Source: Opitutales bacterium (GTDB lineage: Bacteria; Verrucomicrobiota; Verrucomicrobiia; Opitutales; UBA2987). Taken from it: 64,000 nt of DNA. Location: assembly GCA_965226885.1 (NCBI GenBank), contig CBDDEL010000015.1:576001-640000 (forward strand), given 5' to 3'. The notes beneath the pieces were generated by a model, which did no database searches, had not been told where the DNA came from, and saw only the letters and a program-made list of their open reading frames with translations. Position 1 is the first letter of the stretch. Each line of letters starts with the position of its first letter. Shown in pieces: positions 43,044 to 52,578 of this stretch. The translations under genes were made by a program, and so were the position numbers.

Positions 43044-43943
43044 TCAAAAATTTTCCTGTTCGGCGTAGGCGCAAGTTGCCGGTGTGCCATCCGCCTCTTT
43101 GAATATGGAATAGTATTCCTTGCGGGGAATTACCATGTTATCCGCGCTACGGTAGTGAAATTGAACAGCCCGGCGGCGTTGGGGGGATCGATTGGGCGGT
43201 GTTTCATGAGGCATCATGCTGGAAAAGAAAAGTACGCCGCCGGCCTTTATTTCGATCGGCTTCGCCTGAGAGGGATCGATGCGGCCTTTCATGATCTCGC
43301 AGTCGTAGGTGTGATGGTGCCGTAGGGGGCCAAGCTGGTGCCCTCCAGGAATTACATGCATACAGCCGTTTTCGGCTGTGGCATCGTCCAGGGCTAGCCA
43401 CACACCACAAACCTTTTCAAGTTTTTGAATGGAAAAATAGGCGTTATCCTGATGCCAGGGTTTCTCTGTCCCAATCAGTGGCGGTTTAATCAGCCCCATG
43501 GTTTGGTAGTGCACGGGATTCGAGCCGAGGATGGACCTCACGACCCCTTGCAGCTTGGGGTGGTTTTTCGTGAGATAAATGAAGTGGGGCGTCTCGTTCT
43601 GGAAATTCATGAATTTGCGGACATTCAGCACGAGTTCCTCCAATTTATCGGGATGGGGTTCGTAACCCGCCTCGAGCCAGAACCCGCATTCCCCCCCTTT
43701 TTTATTGAAGCGAGCCCCTGAGTAATTTGTTTTGCGGCCATCGTTCAGCGTCCATTCAGCCAATTCTTCGTTGAAGGCGTATTTGCGGATTATGTTTGAG
43801 ATATCGGCGAGGGCGGCCTCCACCTCATGCCGGGAAAGGGCGTTTTCAAACGCAAGATAACCCTGTTCGTTATACAGTTCCAATTGCCTCAAGGTGAGGG
43901 TTTCGGGGCAATCCTCAAAACGTGAATCTATCGTTTCAGTCAT
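43044..43943 (-). CDS. PhyH-family Fe(II)/2-oxoglutarate dioxygenase
   Basis: KPWHQD, WLALDDATAENGC, PHETPPNRS...RRA. Confidence 0.9.
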   Translation of the reverse strand: MTETIDSRFEDCPETLTLRQLELYNEQGYLAFENALSRHEVEAALADISNIIRKYAFNEELAEWTLNDGRKTNYSGARFNKKGGECGFWLEAGYEPHPDKLEELVLNVRKFMNFQNETPHFIYLTKNHPKLQGVVRSILGSNPVHYQTMGLIKPPLIGTEKPWHQDNAYFSIQKLEKVCGVWLALDDATAENGCMHVIPGGHQLGPLRHHHTYDCEIMKGRIDPSQAKPIEIKAGGVLFFSSMMPHETPPNRSPQRRRAVQFHYRSADNMVIPRKEYYSIFKEADGTPATCAYAEQENF

Positions 43944-44129
43944 GGTAGCGATCTTATCATGTCAACAGCTAAACAGTAAAAAGACACGGGAGGCAAATAT
44001 TTGTTATTTTGTGTTTTTTGCTGTTTTTTTTGAAGTTTAATCAAACGGAGCCAACGGTAGTGTCCTAATTTGGAATGTCTTTTTAACTGGAAATATTCTC
44101 AAATATGTGCAATATTGCATAAAAAGGGG

Positions 44130-44201
44130 TAGTGGAGGTATGGGGACTTGCACCCCAAGCGGTCACAGGTGTAGAGCAGGTCGCCGCACTCTGCTACCCC
44201 C
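44130..44201 (-). ncRNA. Putative tRNA-like RNA (acceptor stem plus T-arm, no anticodon arm)
   Basis: GGGGGTA/TACCTCC 7-bp stem with G3-U70, A73, T-arm TGGGG-TGCAAGT-CCCCA; ends CTA rather than CCA. Expression not shown. Confidence 0.5.
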
Positions 44202-44207
44202 TTTTTG

Positions 44208-45197
44208 TCAGCCTTCTTCAAAGTCCATTGGTATAGTTTCATTGAATTTTGGTGCAGCTATATCTAGTTTTCTCTTGAACTCATCCCAAGAATGACAGGT
44301 TTTCATCAAAAACGTAACATTTGAAATATGTTGTTTCAATTCGGGAACACCGTAATCCTCTGTGAAATGCTGGTGATGTTTTCTCGCACGACCCCCAGAA
44401 GTGGTTCGTGGATTCTTTTTCTTTAATTCGGAAAGGACTTTAGGGGCCATTCTGTTGTAAACTATATCATTTGTCCAGTGGCCCACATATTGGGGTTTTT
44501 GAGTTCCTTCGCCGTCAGGGAAAGATAATTCTTTTAAACGAAAAAGTTCCTTATAAAAACTCGGGTTAAACCGACGAGTCCATTTTGACCATTCATCTTT
44601 AATATATTTATCCAGAATTTTTTGTAAGGCCAATTTGTCTCTGATTTCTTGATAGCCAGTGACCTCATCCACTAACGCAATAATGCCGACCTTTGCTAAG
44701 ACCCGTGTAATTATTTCGCACTGGTCAGCAATCTCTCGCTGTTGTTTATTTAACCCCGGTGAGCGTTTACGTGCTTCAAGAACGGCATCACAAATTCTTG
44801 GCAAGATCGTTGCTTCGTAGGCAACTGCCGGAACCCCTCCACGTCCGGGGCGAATGAATCTTATAGGACGATTTAGCTCCATGGCCAAGTCATTCTCGAT
44901 AAACGGTTTAAGGTATTCTTGAGACAGAAAACCCTTCAATATCGCCCCATGGGATTGTCCAAGCCCTAAAGCTTCTTGCATACCTCTTCCAGACAATACG
45001 CGAGTACCATTATCAAGAACATAGCATTCAAGCTTTTGATTGCCTAAGCTTAATTTATTATCGGCCGCACCCCATTGGGCCCTTGGTAGGCTCCACTTGG
45101 CTTTAGCCGCTTTTGAGGCAATTTCCTTTCTGGTTTTAGCATCGAGCTTTTTCGCCCGTGCTTTACCGCCTTTAGATTGCATAGATTTATCTTCCAT
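44208..45197 (-). CDS. P63C domain protein
   Basis: ALVDEVTGYQEIRDKLALQ, FYKELFRL, GHWTNDIVY, KHHQHFT; basic N-terminus SKGGKARAKKL. Confidence 0.85.
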   Translation of the reverse strand: MEDKSMQSKGGKARAKKLDAKTRKEIASKAAKAKWSLPRAQWGAADNKLSLGNQKLECYVLDNGTRVLSGRGMQEALGLGQSHGAILKGFLSQEYLKPFIENDLAMELNRPIRFIRPGRGGVPAVAYEATILPRICDAVLEARKRSPGLNKQQREIADQCEIITRVLAKVGIIALVDEVTGYQEIRDKLALQKILDKYIKDEWSKWTRRFNPSFYKELFRLKELSFPDGEGTQKPQYVGHWTNDIVYNRMAPKVLSELKKKNPRTTSGGRARKHHQHFTEDYGVPELKQHISNVTFLMKTCHSWDEFKRKLDIAAPKFNETIPMDFEEG

Positions 45198-45259
45198 GCA
45201 TAGAAATAAATATTATTTTATGCTTGCAAGCAAGCTTTTTTTATGAAAATCTTTTATGC
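45198..45259. promoter_or_regulatory. Divergent 62-bp control region with a 12-bp palindrome
   Basis: TGCTTGCAAGCA at 45221-45232; both start codons lie in TATGCATG. Confidence 0.55.
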
Positions 45260-47655
45260 ATGGCAAATAAATTATCTACCTCCAAAAAAGTTCTCGCTGT
45301 TTCTGCCCTTTGCGAAGGCTCCTCCATCCGTTCAATCGAGCGAATGACAGGCATCCACAGGGATACAATCATGCGCCTGGGCGTCCGTATAGGTCAAGGA
45401 TGCGCCGCTATCATGGATGAAAAGATGCGTGACTTGCCATGTAAGGATTTGCAGGTCGATGAGATATGGGGCTTTATTGGAAAGAAGGAAAGGAATGTCT
45501 ATTACGGTGAACTCGGAAAAGGTGATATATGGACATTCATTGCGCTCGACAGTGAAAGTAAGCTAATTCCTTCGTTCCGGGTTGGCCGACGTGATACCGT
45601 GACAGCACAGGCATTTCTTGAAGATTTGGCTTCCCGCATGAAAAACCGTGTCCAGCTTTCCAGCGATGCGCTACGGGCATACAGGGATTGTGTCGAAAAG
45701 GCTTTTGGCTGTGAAGTCGACTACGGGCAGATTGTAAAAATCTTCGCCCAAAGCGATGTTGAAGCACAGCGTAGGTATAGCCCACCCCAAGTCATTTCAG
45801 TTACGCGAAACCCTATTGCTGGCAATCCTGACAAATCCCGAATCTGCACAAGCCATATTGAGAAGCAAAACCATACCTTGCGGATGCACTGCCGCCGATT
45901 GAGCCGTCTGACTAACCCGGATATTTCATGAAGGGTAAAGTTTGGCTCGTTATTGCTATTGGAGATGGATTTCTTTGTATTTTGAGCAGATCGTCTTGAT
46001 TTTTAGGTGTTTTTCAGGGTGTAGAGACACTGCCCCCTTTCCCCCATTGGTTCGGTAGTGCCGGGGGCAGCACCAATGCACCCTTTAGGTTGGCACCAAT
46101 CGGCGGGCCGCATGGTTGAAAAGACTGGCCCAAGGATAACTCTCACTTAGGTGAAAGTGAATCGTTCGGGTGTTGCGCACGATGACCGCTCCGATCTTGA
46201 TTAATTTGAGCCGCAGGGTGTGCCATTGGGCCCGCGCCCACTTCGTCCCTTTTAAGGCTAACCGGCGCATGGCTTCCATCAAGGTGTAGGCCAGCGCCGA
46301 CAAGAGCAATCGCCACTGATTGGCCCACCATTGATGGGCGCTGGTGCGCTCGCTGAACAATTGCATCTGTTCCTTGATTCGGTTCTCCATTTCACCGCGG
46401 CCACAGTATACCTTGTCGTAAAGCTCCTGGGGATCGCCCGGCAGGTTCGTCACCACGAAGCGCGGGTTGGACCCCTGTGCGGTGTGTTCGGCTTTATGGA
46501 TGACCAACCGCAGCCATCGCCACGAATCGGCAGCATAGACGAAGTCCTGGAATAACCGTTGTTTTTTACCCCTTAGTTCGAACCATTCTTTGGCCTGCTT
46601 TTGCAACTGCTGGGCGTCTTGCTGCAAGCGTGCATTGCGAGCCATCCCCACGATGTAACTAACTTCGTTGCGGTCGCACCAAGAGAGTATCCGGTCTCGA
46701 CAAAATCCACTGTCGGCGCGCCAAATAATCCGCGTACGGGGCCAGCTTTGGCGAATCCGTTTAACCAGCAATTTGAGGATGGCCCCGGCATGCTTGCTGG
46801 CATCGATCTTGCTCGGCCGCAGGTAGGCCACCAGCAGCTGATCACCGCAAAAAACATATAGCGGCAGAAAACAGTAATGATCATAATAACCGTGGAGAAA
46901 ACGTCCCTCCTGGAGCCCGTGCACCGGATTGTCGGTGGCGTCAAAGTCCAGGATGATCTCTTCGGGTTCCTCGGCAAAGGAGCCCATGAACTGTTCGACC
47001 AACAGCTCGTTTACCGCAAAGGCCGCCCGCCGATCCTGCCCGTTTTCAAAACGACACAAAGTCGGCGCGCTGGCCAACGTTTCAATGCGCCCCGTTACCG
47101 TTTGCAACAATGGATCGTGGCGCAGGGTATCAAAGTCGTTCAAATCCTCATAGCCCGCCACCAGCCCGTAAACGCGCTGCCGCAGCATCCCCAATACCTC
47201 ATGGCGTACTTTGCCCTTCTGCCGTTTGTCCACTAACTGTCGGGCCGCTCGTTCGGTCAAGCCCAACTGCCGATCCACTTCCCGGATCAAAAGCAGTCCG
47301 GCATCCGAAGTAACCTCTCCGCCCTTGAAATCAACCCGCACACGGCGGCCTTTTACCCTTGTCAACTGTAGCTTTAATTGTTTACCTTTTGTCATCGCTG
47401 ATATTGCTTTAATTATTGATCTATCCTGCTGTATATCAGCAGTTAAGCATATCAACGATACTTTTTTTACGAAATATCCGGGCTAATGCTTTCAGCAAGA
47501 AACTGGAAAATTTCAAGGCGGCTGTGCCCCTCAACTTTGCTTACTACAATTTCGTCAAGATTCACGGCTCTATCCGTTGCACTCCTGCGATGGAAGCAGG
47601 TGTCACGGATTCAATCTGGACAGTCAGCGATCTAGTTGAAATGATTGAGAAGTGA
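45260..47655 (+). pseudogene. Single-ORF IS1-family transposase split by IS1380
   Basis: HTH (EGSSIRSIERMTG), QVDEIWGFI, SSD, TSHIEKQN; rejoined across CTAA it reads RLTNAFSKK, 274 aa. Confidence 0.88.
45916..47482 (-). mobile_element. IS1380-family element (1567 bp; transposase 46085-47395 open)
   Basis: IRs present; TSD CTAA (45912-45915, 47483-47486). Confidence 0.95.
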
Positions 47656-47939
47656 AGGATATTGCAGACTTAGCCGACGCGATCACAGTCATGCACGGCT
47701 GTGATTGTCGCTATATAGGTTCAAAGCTCGTCAAAGAGGTTTTCCAAGGGCAAGTAGCATGGGAAGGCGAAGTCGAGATATTTGACCTTAAAGACCACTC
47801 TAAAACCAATACCTGCTATGCGTGGAGCTACAAAGACAACAAGGGAGAAAATCAATATGTCACTGTTTTACAAATACCGCCTGTAGATTCGGCAGAGACG
47901 GCAGTCAAAGCAGTGATTGCAAATCAGAAATCAACATGA
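47652..47939 (+). CDS. Small hypothetical passenger protein (95 aa)
   Basis: GTGA overlap with the transposase stop; MHGC...WEGEVEIFDL..H...CYAWS. Confidence 0.7.
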   Translation: MKDIADLADAITVMHGCDCRYIGSKLVKEVFQGQVAWEGEVEIFDLKDHSKTNTCYAWSYKDNKGENQYVTVLQIPPVDSAETAVKAVIANQKST

Positions 47940-49651
47940 GTCATTTTAGAATAAATAAGCTTAATATAGAGGCTGTCCCAAAAATATAAAGATTTTATAG
48001 TCAACTGGATGACGTTGATAAAAAGAGCCGGAAAGAGCAAGTTTTTGCTCGATCCGGCCAAAAAAGGGTTCTATAATTGGGTTCTATAATTGAGTTAGCG
48101 AAAATCAATATAGCCCTTTCTATGAAAAATATAGCCATCCAATGCCTCCTGCGTCCAGCTTTAACTGTGGTCGACCGGTGCCTCGATTACGATAACTTCC
48201 GCGCCACCATTGATCGAATCGATCGGTTGCTGATCGACTCGGAGGTGGAATCGCAGGCCATTGAGCTGGCCTTGGAGGGGTGGCCGCCAATGGGTCTAAA
48301 GGCCCGGCGGCAGCGGGCCAGTTTTGCCATCAAGGCACTGCGCATGGATACGCTGGGCCGTCTGCTCGGAGGGATTTCGTTTCGGCATTTGTCGCGGGCT
48401 CTGGGCAGCAGCGATCTGTTGGCCGACTTTTGCCGTGTCCGGCAGATCGATGGCATCAGGGGCATCTCCAAAAGCACCCTGGAGCGGGCCTCGAAGTTTT
48501 TCAGCGAAGAGCAGTTGAGGGCCTTGCACCGGACCTTGACTGAGGTGGTGGGCGATGCCCTTCTGGCCCGGCAGGTGGGATTGGACAAGCCGATTGACAC
48601 CACCATTTGCCTGATCGACGGCACCTGTTTGGAGGCTAACATTCATTGGCCGACGGACTGGGTATTACTCAAGGATGTAGCCGGCACGTTGCTCAAAGCG
48701 ATCCGGCTGATCCGCGAGAAGGCCGGTGTGCGCCATCGCATGCCGATCGAACCGGAGCCCTTGGCTCGGCAGATGAATCGGCTGTGCATACAGATGACCC
48801 ACAGCCGGCGGCGAAAGGACAGCGCGCGGCAGCGCAAGGGTATCTTGAGGCAGATGAAAAAGCTGCTCAAACGGATCGGGGAGCATGCCCGCAGTCACCG
48901 GGAATTATTGCAAGCCTGCTGGGAGCAAAGCGATTACAGCGAAAAACAGGTCCAACAGATCCTCGCCCGGATGGAGCGCATGAGCGAGCAAATCCCGGTG
49001 GTCATCAAACAGGCGCACGAGCGGATCATTGGCGGCCGCCAGGTGAAAAACGCAGAGAAAGTCTTGAGTGTTTACGAACTCGATGTGCAGGTGATTGTGC
49101 GAGGTAAAGCGGGCCAAGAGGTCGAGTTCGGCAACACCCTGTTTTTGGGAGAAAGCGTTGAAGGGTACCTGCTGGACTGGAAACTCTACGGCAGCCGAAC
49201 TCCAAGCGAAAATGAACAAATGCAAGAGAGTTTGCAAAGACAGAACCGCTTCAACCTGGAAGAACCCATAGCGGCCATGTGCGCGGACCGGGGATTTGCC
49301 TCCCAGCGGGCCCGCCGGCAGTTAGCCCAGGAGGGAATCTACGACGCGCTCTGTCCACGCGATCCGAAGCAGTTGAAAAAACGGATGGAGGAACCACTGT
49401 TCAGACAATTGCAAAAGCGCCGGGCCAGCACCGAAGGGCGGATCGGGGTATTGAAGAATTGTAAACGCCGGGATGAAACCGGTACGGGGGTCGGGGTAAA
49501 ACCGGTACGCTTGGAATAAGGTTTAGGTTAGTAATTGCAGGTACGTCAAGGTTTAGCAGGTACGTCAAGGTTTAGGGTTTGGGAGTTGGTTTTGGGGATT
49601 GGCTTGGGGTCGGTGAGGAGGCCGGAGGCCGACGAGCCGGGCCCAAGGCGT

Positions 49652-50362
49652 TTATTGTTTTGTGCCACGGCGACGGCGTCGAGCATCGCGCAAGCGGTAG
49701 CTTTGCCCGTTGGCTTCGAGGATATGCACCCGATGGGTGAGTCGGTCCAGCAGAGCTCCGGTGAGCCGTTCGGAACCGAGCACTTCGATCCAGTTCTCAA
49801 AGGGCAGGTTGGTGGTGACGATGAGACTGGTGCGCTCGTAAGCGCGGCTGACCACGTCGAAGAGCAGTTCGGAACCGGTCTTGGAAAAAGGGACGTAACC
49901 GAGTTCGTCGAGGATGAGTAGGTCGAGCCTTTCGAGTTGCTTCATGAAGCGCTGCAGGTCGTGGTTGTCGCGTTGCTCGAGCATATGGGTAACCAGGGCG
50001 GTGACCAGGTGCGTTTTACCGGTACCGGCGTTACCGAGGAGCAGCACGTTTTCGCGCTGGTCGACATACTCCCCGCGCATGAGCTCTCGGATGAGCGCTT
50101 CGTTGATCGAGGGCTGCGCTTCAAAGGCGAAGCTCTCGAGGGTCTTGAGCACGGGGAAACGGGCGTTTTTGATCCGCCGCTGGGCGGCCCGCTGTTCGCG
50201 TTCAATGAGCTCCCGTTCGACCAGATGCAACAAAAAGGCGGCGTAATCGAGCCGGTCCCGGGAACAAGCCGCGGCCACCGCCGGCCATTCGCGCAGGATG
50301 GTGGGCAACTTCAGTTTCTTGAGGTGATGGTGTAACAGCAGCTGGTTTTTTTCTTCCTTCAT
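49652..50362 (-). pseudogene. istB: IstB ATPase with probable in-frame deletion
   Basis: GNAGTGKTHL, LILDELGY, ALLDRLTH; the segment normally after Walker A appears missing. Confidence 0.7.
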
Positions 50363-51864
50363 AAAGCCCCTCCTGGAATCTTGAGCAGTTCGCTGTAGGC
50401 ACCGAGGTCAGGGGCGGCCACACGGACGTGACGCAGGTGTGGATGGCCGTCCAGCCGGAAGGTTCTGCTCCCGTAGTCTTCCTGAGGATAGAGATACTGG
50501 GCGATGGCCTCACGAGTCAGTCCCCCCACCCGCAGGGCCGAGACGACGGCCTGCTGCAAGGCCGCCATGGGGTGTTTCTCCAACAGCCGCAGCACCCGGA
50601 TATACTCCCGGGTGCCTTCGCCCCCGCATTGGCTTTCGAGCCGGCGTCTGAGGACCTGCAGGCACTGCGGCAACTGCCAGCCCGAGAGTGGGCGGGCGAA
50701 GTCCAAAGCGCCCGGTTTTTTCTCCAGCAAAGCCAGGTAGTGCACCGGCTCGAAAGAGACTTGCTCTTTATCCCAAATGCGGCGGTGCCGGGCCACCTCT
50801 TGGCCCCCACAGAAGATCACCACCTGCCGACAGGACCCTTCCACCACCACCGGATGGTGGGCGCAGCGCACCGGCACCGAATAGTCGTTGCACTCGAAGC
50901 GCACCAGCGAGAGGCTGCTGACGCAGGTCGAGCGTTTGCGGCTCGCTTCAAAGGGTATGGGCGGCAACGCCAGCATGACGGCGCGCTCCTCGGCCAGCAG
51001 TTCCTTTTTCACCGCCCTTTTCCCGCGTAATTTACGCTCCATGTCCCGCTCACATGCCTCCAACAGCTTTGCGTTGAGTTCCTCCAGGTCCCGAACCTGC
51101 GGTACCGGTACCAGGAAGTTGGCCCGGGCATAACGCACGATCCCCTCGACCACGCCCTTCTCGTTGGGCCGGGCGGGCAGACAGAAGTGTTCCTCGAACA
51201 GGTAATGGCTCTGTAGCTGCAGAAACCCGTCGGTCAGCTTGCGTTCACGCGAACCGATAATCTTACCCACCGCCACCTTCGAGTTGTCATAGCTGATGCG
51301 CCGGGGCACCGCCCCGAAAAACTCAAAAGCTCGCAGGTGCCCCTCCCAGAAGCTCTCCGTGCACTCCCGTTCGAACACCTGCACGAAAAAGGCATCGCTG
51401 TAGGGCAGGCTCATGGCAAAAAATGGCCGCCTACGCAATTGCCCCGCCTCCTTCACCAGGGCATGACCGAAGTCCACCTGTCCCTCCCCGGGGCGGTGCT
51501 CCAGCGGCACGAACACTTCCCGCCGCCTCGCTCGCAGCTCGGCCACCACCTCCTTGACCGCCGTGTAGCCCCCTTGGTAGCCCTTCTCCCGACCCAAACG
51601 CTGGTAGATCCGTTTGGCCGTATGGCGCTGCTTCTTGGGCACGTTCCGGTCCGCTTTGAGCACCTCCTCGATCCAGCCCACATACGGATCGATCTTGCGC
51701 TCTCGCCTCTTCTTGCGCCGGTATCCCGGCGGCTGGGAATAGGCCAGCATCTTTCCCAGGGTCTCCCAGTGCAGTCCCTCTTCTCGCATTACAGAGCGCT
51801 TGCTCTGCTTGTCCCGCAGCACTTTGTGCCGCACTCTTGTCCATTGCTTCATATCTCGATACAC
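50359..51864 (-). CDS. istA: IS21 transposase
   Basis: KQRHTAKRIY, GQVDFG, YDN, EKGVVEG, NDYSVP. Confidence 0.95.
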   Translation of the reverse strand: MYRDMKQWTRVRHKVLRDKQSKRSVMREEGLHWETLGKMLAYSQPPGYRRKKRRERKIDPYVGWIEEVLKADRNVPKKQRHTAKRIYQRLGREKGYQGGYTAVKEVVAELRARRREVFVPLEHRPGEGQVDFGHALVKEAGQLRRRPFFAMSLPYSDAFFVQVFERECTESFWEGHLRAFEFFGAVPRRISYDNSKVAVGKIIGSRERKLTDGFLQLQSHYLFEEHFCLPARPNEKGVVEGIVRYARANFLVPVPQVRDLEELNAKLLEACERDMERKLRGKRAVKKELLAEERAVMLALPPIPFEASRKRSTCVSSLSLVRFECNDYSVPVRCAHHPVVVEGSCRQVVIFCGGQEVARHRRIWDKEQVSFEPVHYLALLEKKPGALDFARPLSGWQLPQCLQVLRRRLESQCGGEGTREYIRVLRLLEKHPMAALQQAVVSALRVGGLTREAIAQYLYPQEDYGSRTFRLDGHPHLRHVRVAAPDLGAYSELLKIPGGAL

Positions 51865-52578
51865 TCCTCCTTTCTAGGATAAGCGTACCGGTTTTAAAGC
51901 GCCCTCTTTACCGTACCGGTTTTTCCCCGGCGTTTACAAAGAATCGCTGGCAGGCCGGGCGGTTGCGCAGCAAAGGCTTTGCCAACCGCTCGATCAGCGT
52001 AGCCTGGTCGGTACTCTCGCACAACCTATGGAAAGTAGCCAAGATGCTGGCCCAGCAAGACGAACTAAAAACCAAAGCGGCGGCCTAGAGAGCGGAAAAG
52101 CAAGGACAATACTTTTTCACAGCCTTACTGTCGGCTCATACAAAGAAAACCAGGCAACCGGACCCCAAAACCAGTATCCTAACGTCATAGGAGAGCAAAG
52201 TTGATACTCTCCCAAATGCAAATACCTCTAAAATGAGCGCCTATCAAAAGCCCTCGCAAAAATCACCCTTTTGGGACAGCCTCTAATATAGCCCCTCAAG
52301 GATTTAAGAAAGTATATGAGGTGAGAATAGAGGTAGCTCAATCCACATCTGACGAAGACGGCGACAGAATTTTTCTAGGGGCACCGTGTATCGGACCGAA
52401 AGAACTTGAATACTGGAAAAATCAATTGATTAGTCAGATTAAGAAACTTCGTTTCCCAAATTAGGACACTACCGAGCCAACCTATCGATTGACGGTTTTG
52501 GGGTTTTGTGATATCATGCATCACTTTTAGCGATCTGGTTATGCGAAACGAAACGAATTTATTTAGGGAGTGAATTTT

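Larger units (their letters stand above)
49460..51938 (-). mobile_element. IS21-family element
   Basis: TGTAAACGCCGGG ends, subterminal AAACCGGTACG repeats, 6-bp TSD AAGAAT. Confidence 0.95.
47969..52283 (+). mobile_element. IS5/ISNCY-like element, copy 3, interrupted by IS21
   Basis: Both IRs present; 7-bp TSD TAATATA; transposase split at VLKN/RWQAG. Confidence 0.93.
47936..52464 (+). pseudogene. 68-aa passenger ORF split by the IS5-like element
   Basis: 47936-47968 plus 52291-52464 rejoin in frame; ATGA overlap upstream; TAG stop inside the right IR. Confidence 0.65.
44056..52473 (+). mobile_element. Cargo-carrying IS1-family transposon (~2.5 kb native) with three nested ISs
   Basis: Perfect 18-bp IRs GGTAGTGTCCTAATTTGG (44056-44073, 52456-52473); 8-bp TSD GAGCCAAC (44048-44055, 52474-52481). 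Confidence 0.92.

Noticed and set aside
44130..44201. Canonical tRNA-Ala or full tmRNA gene
   Set aside because: No anticodon stem-loop, no tag reading frame, only 69 nt. Kept only as tRNA-like.
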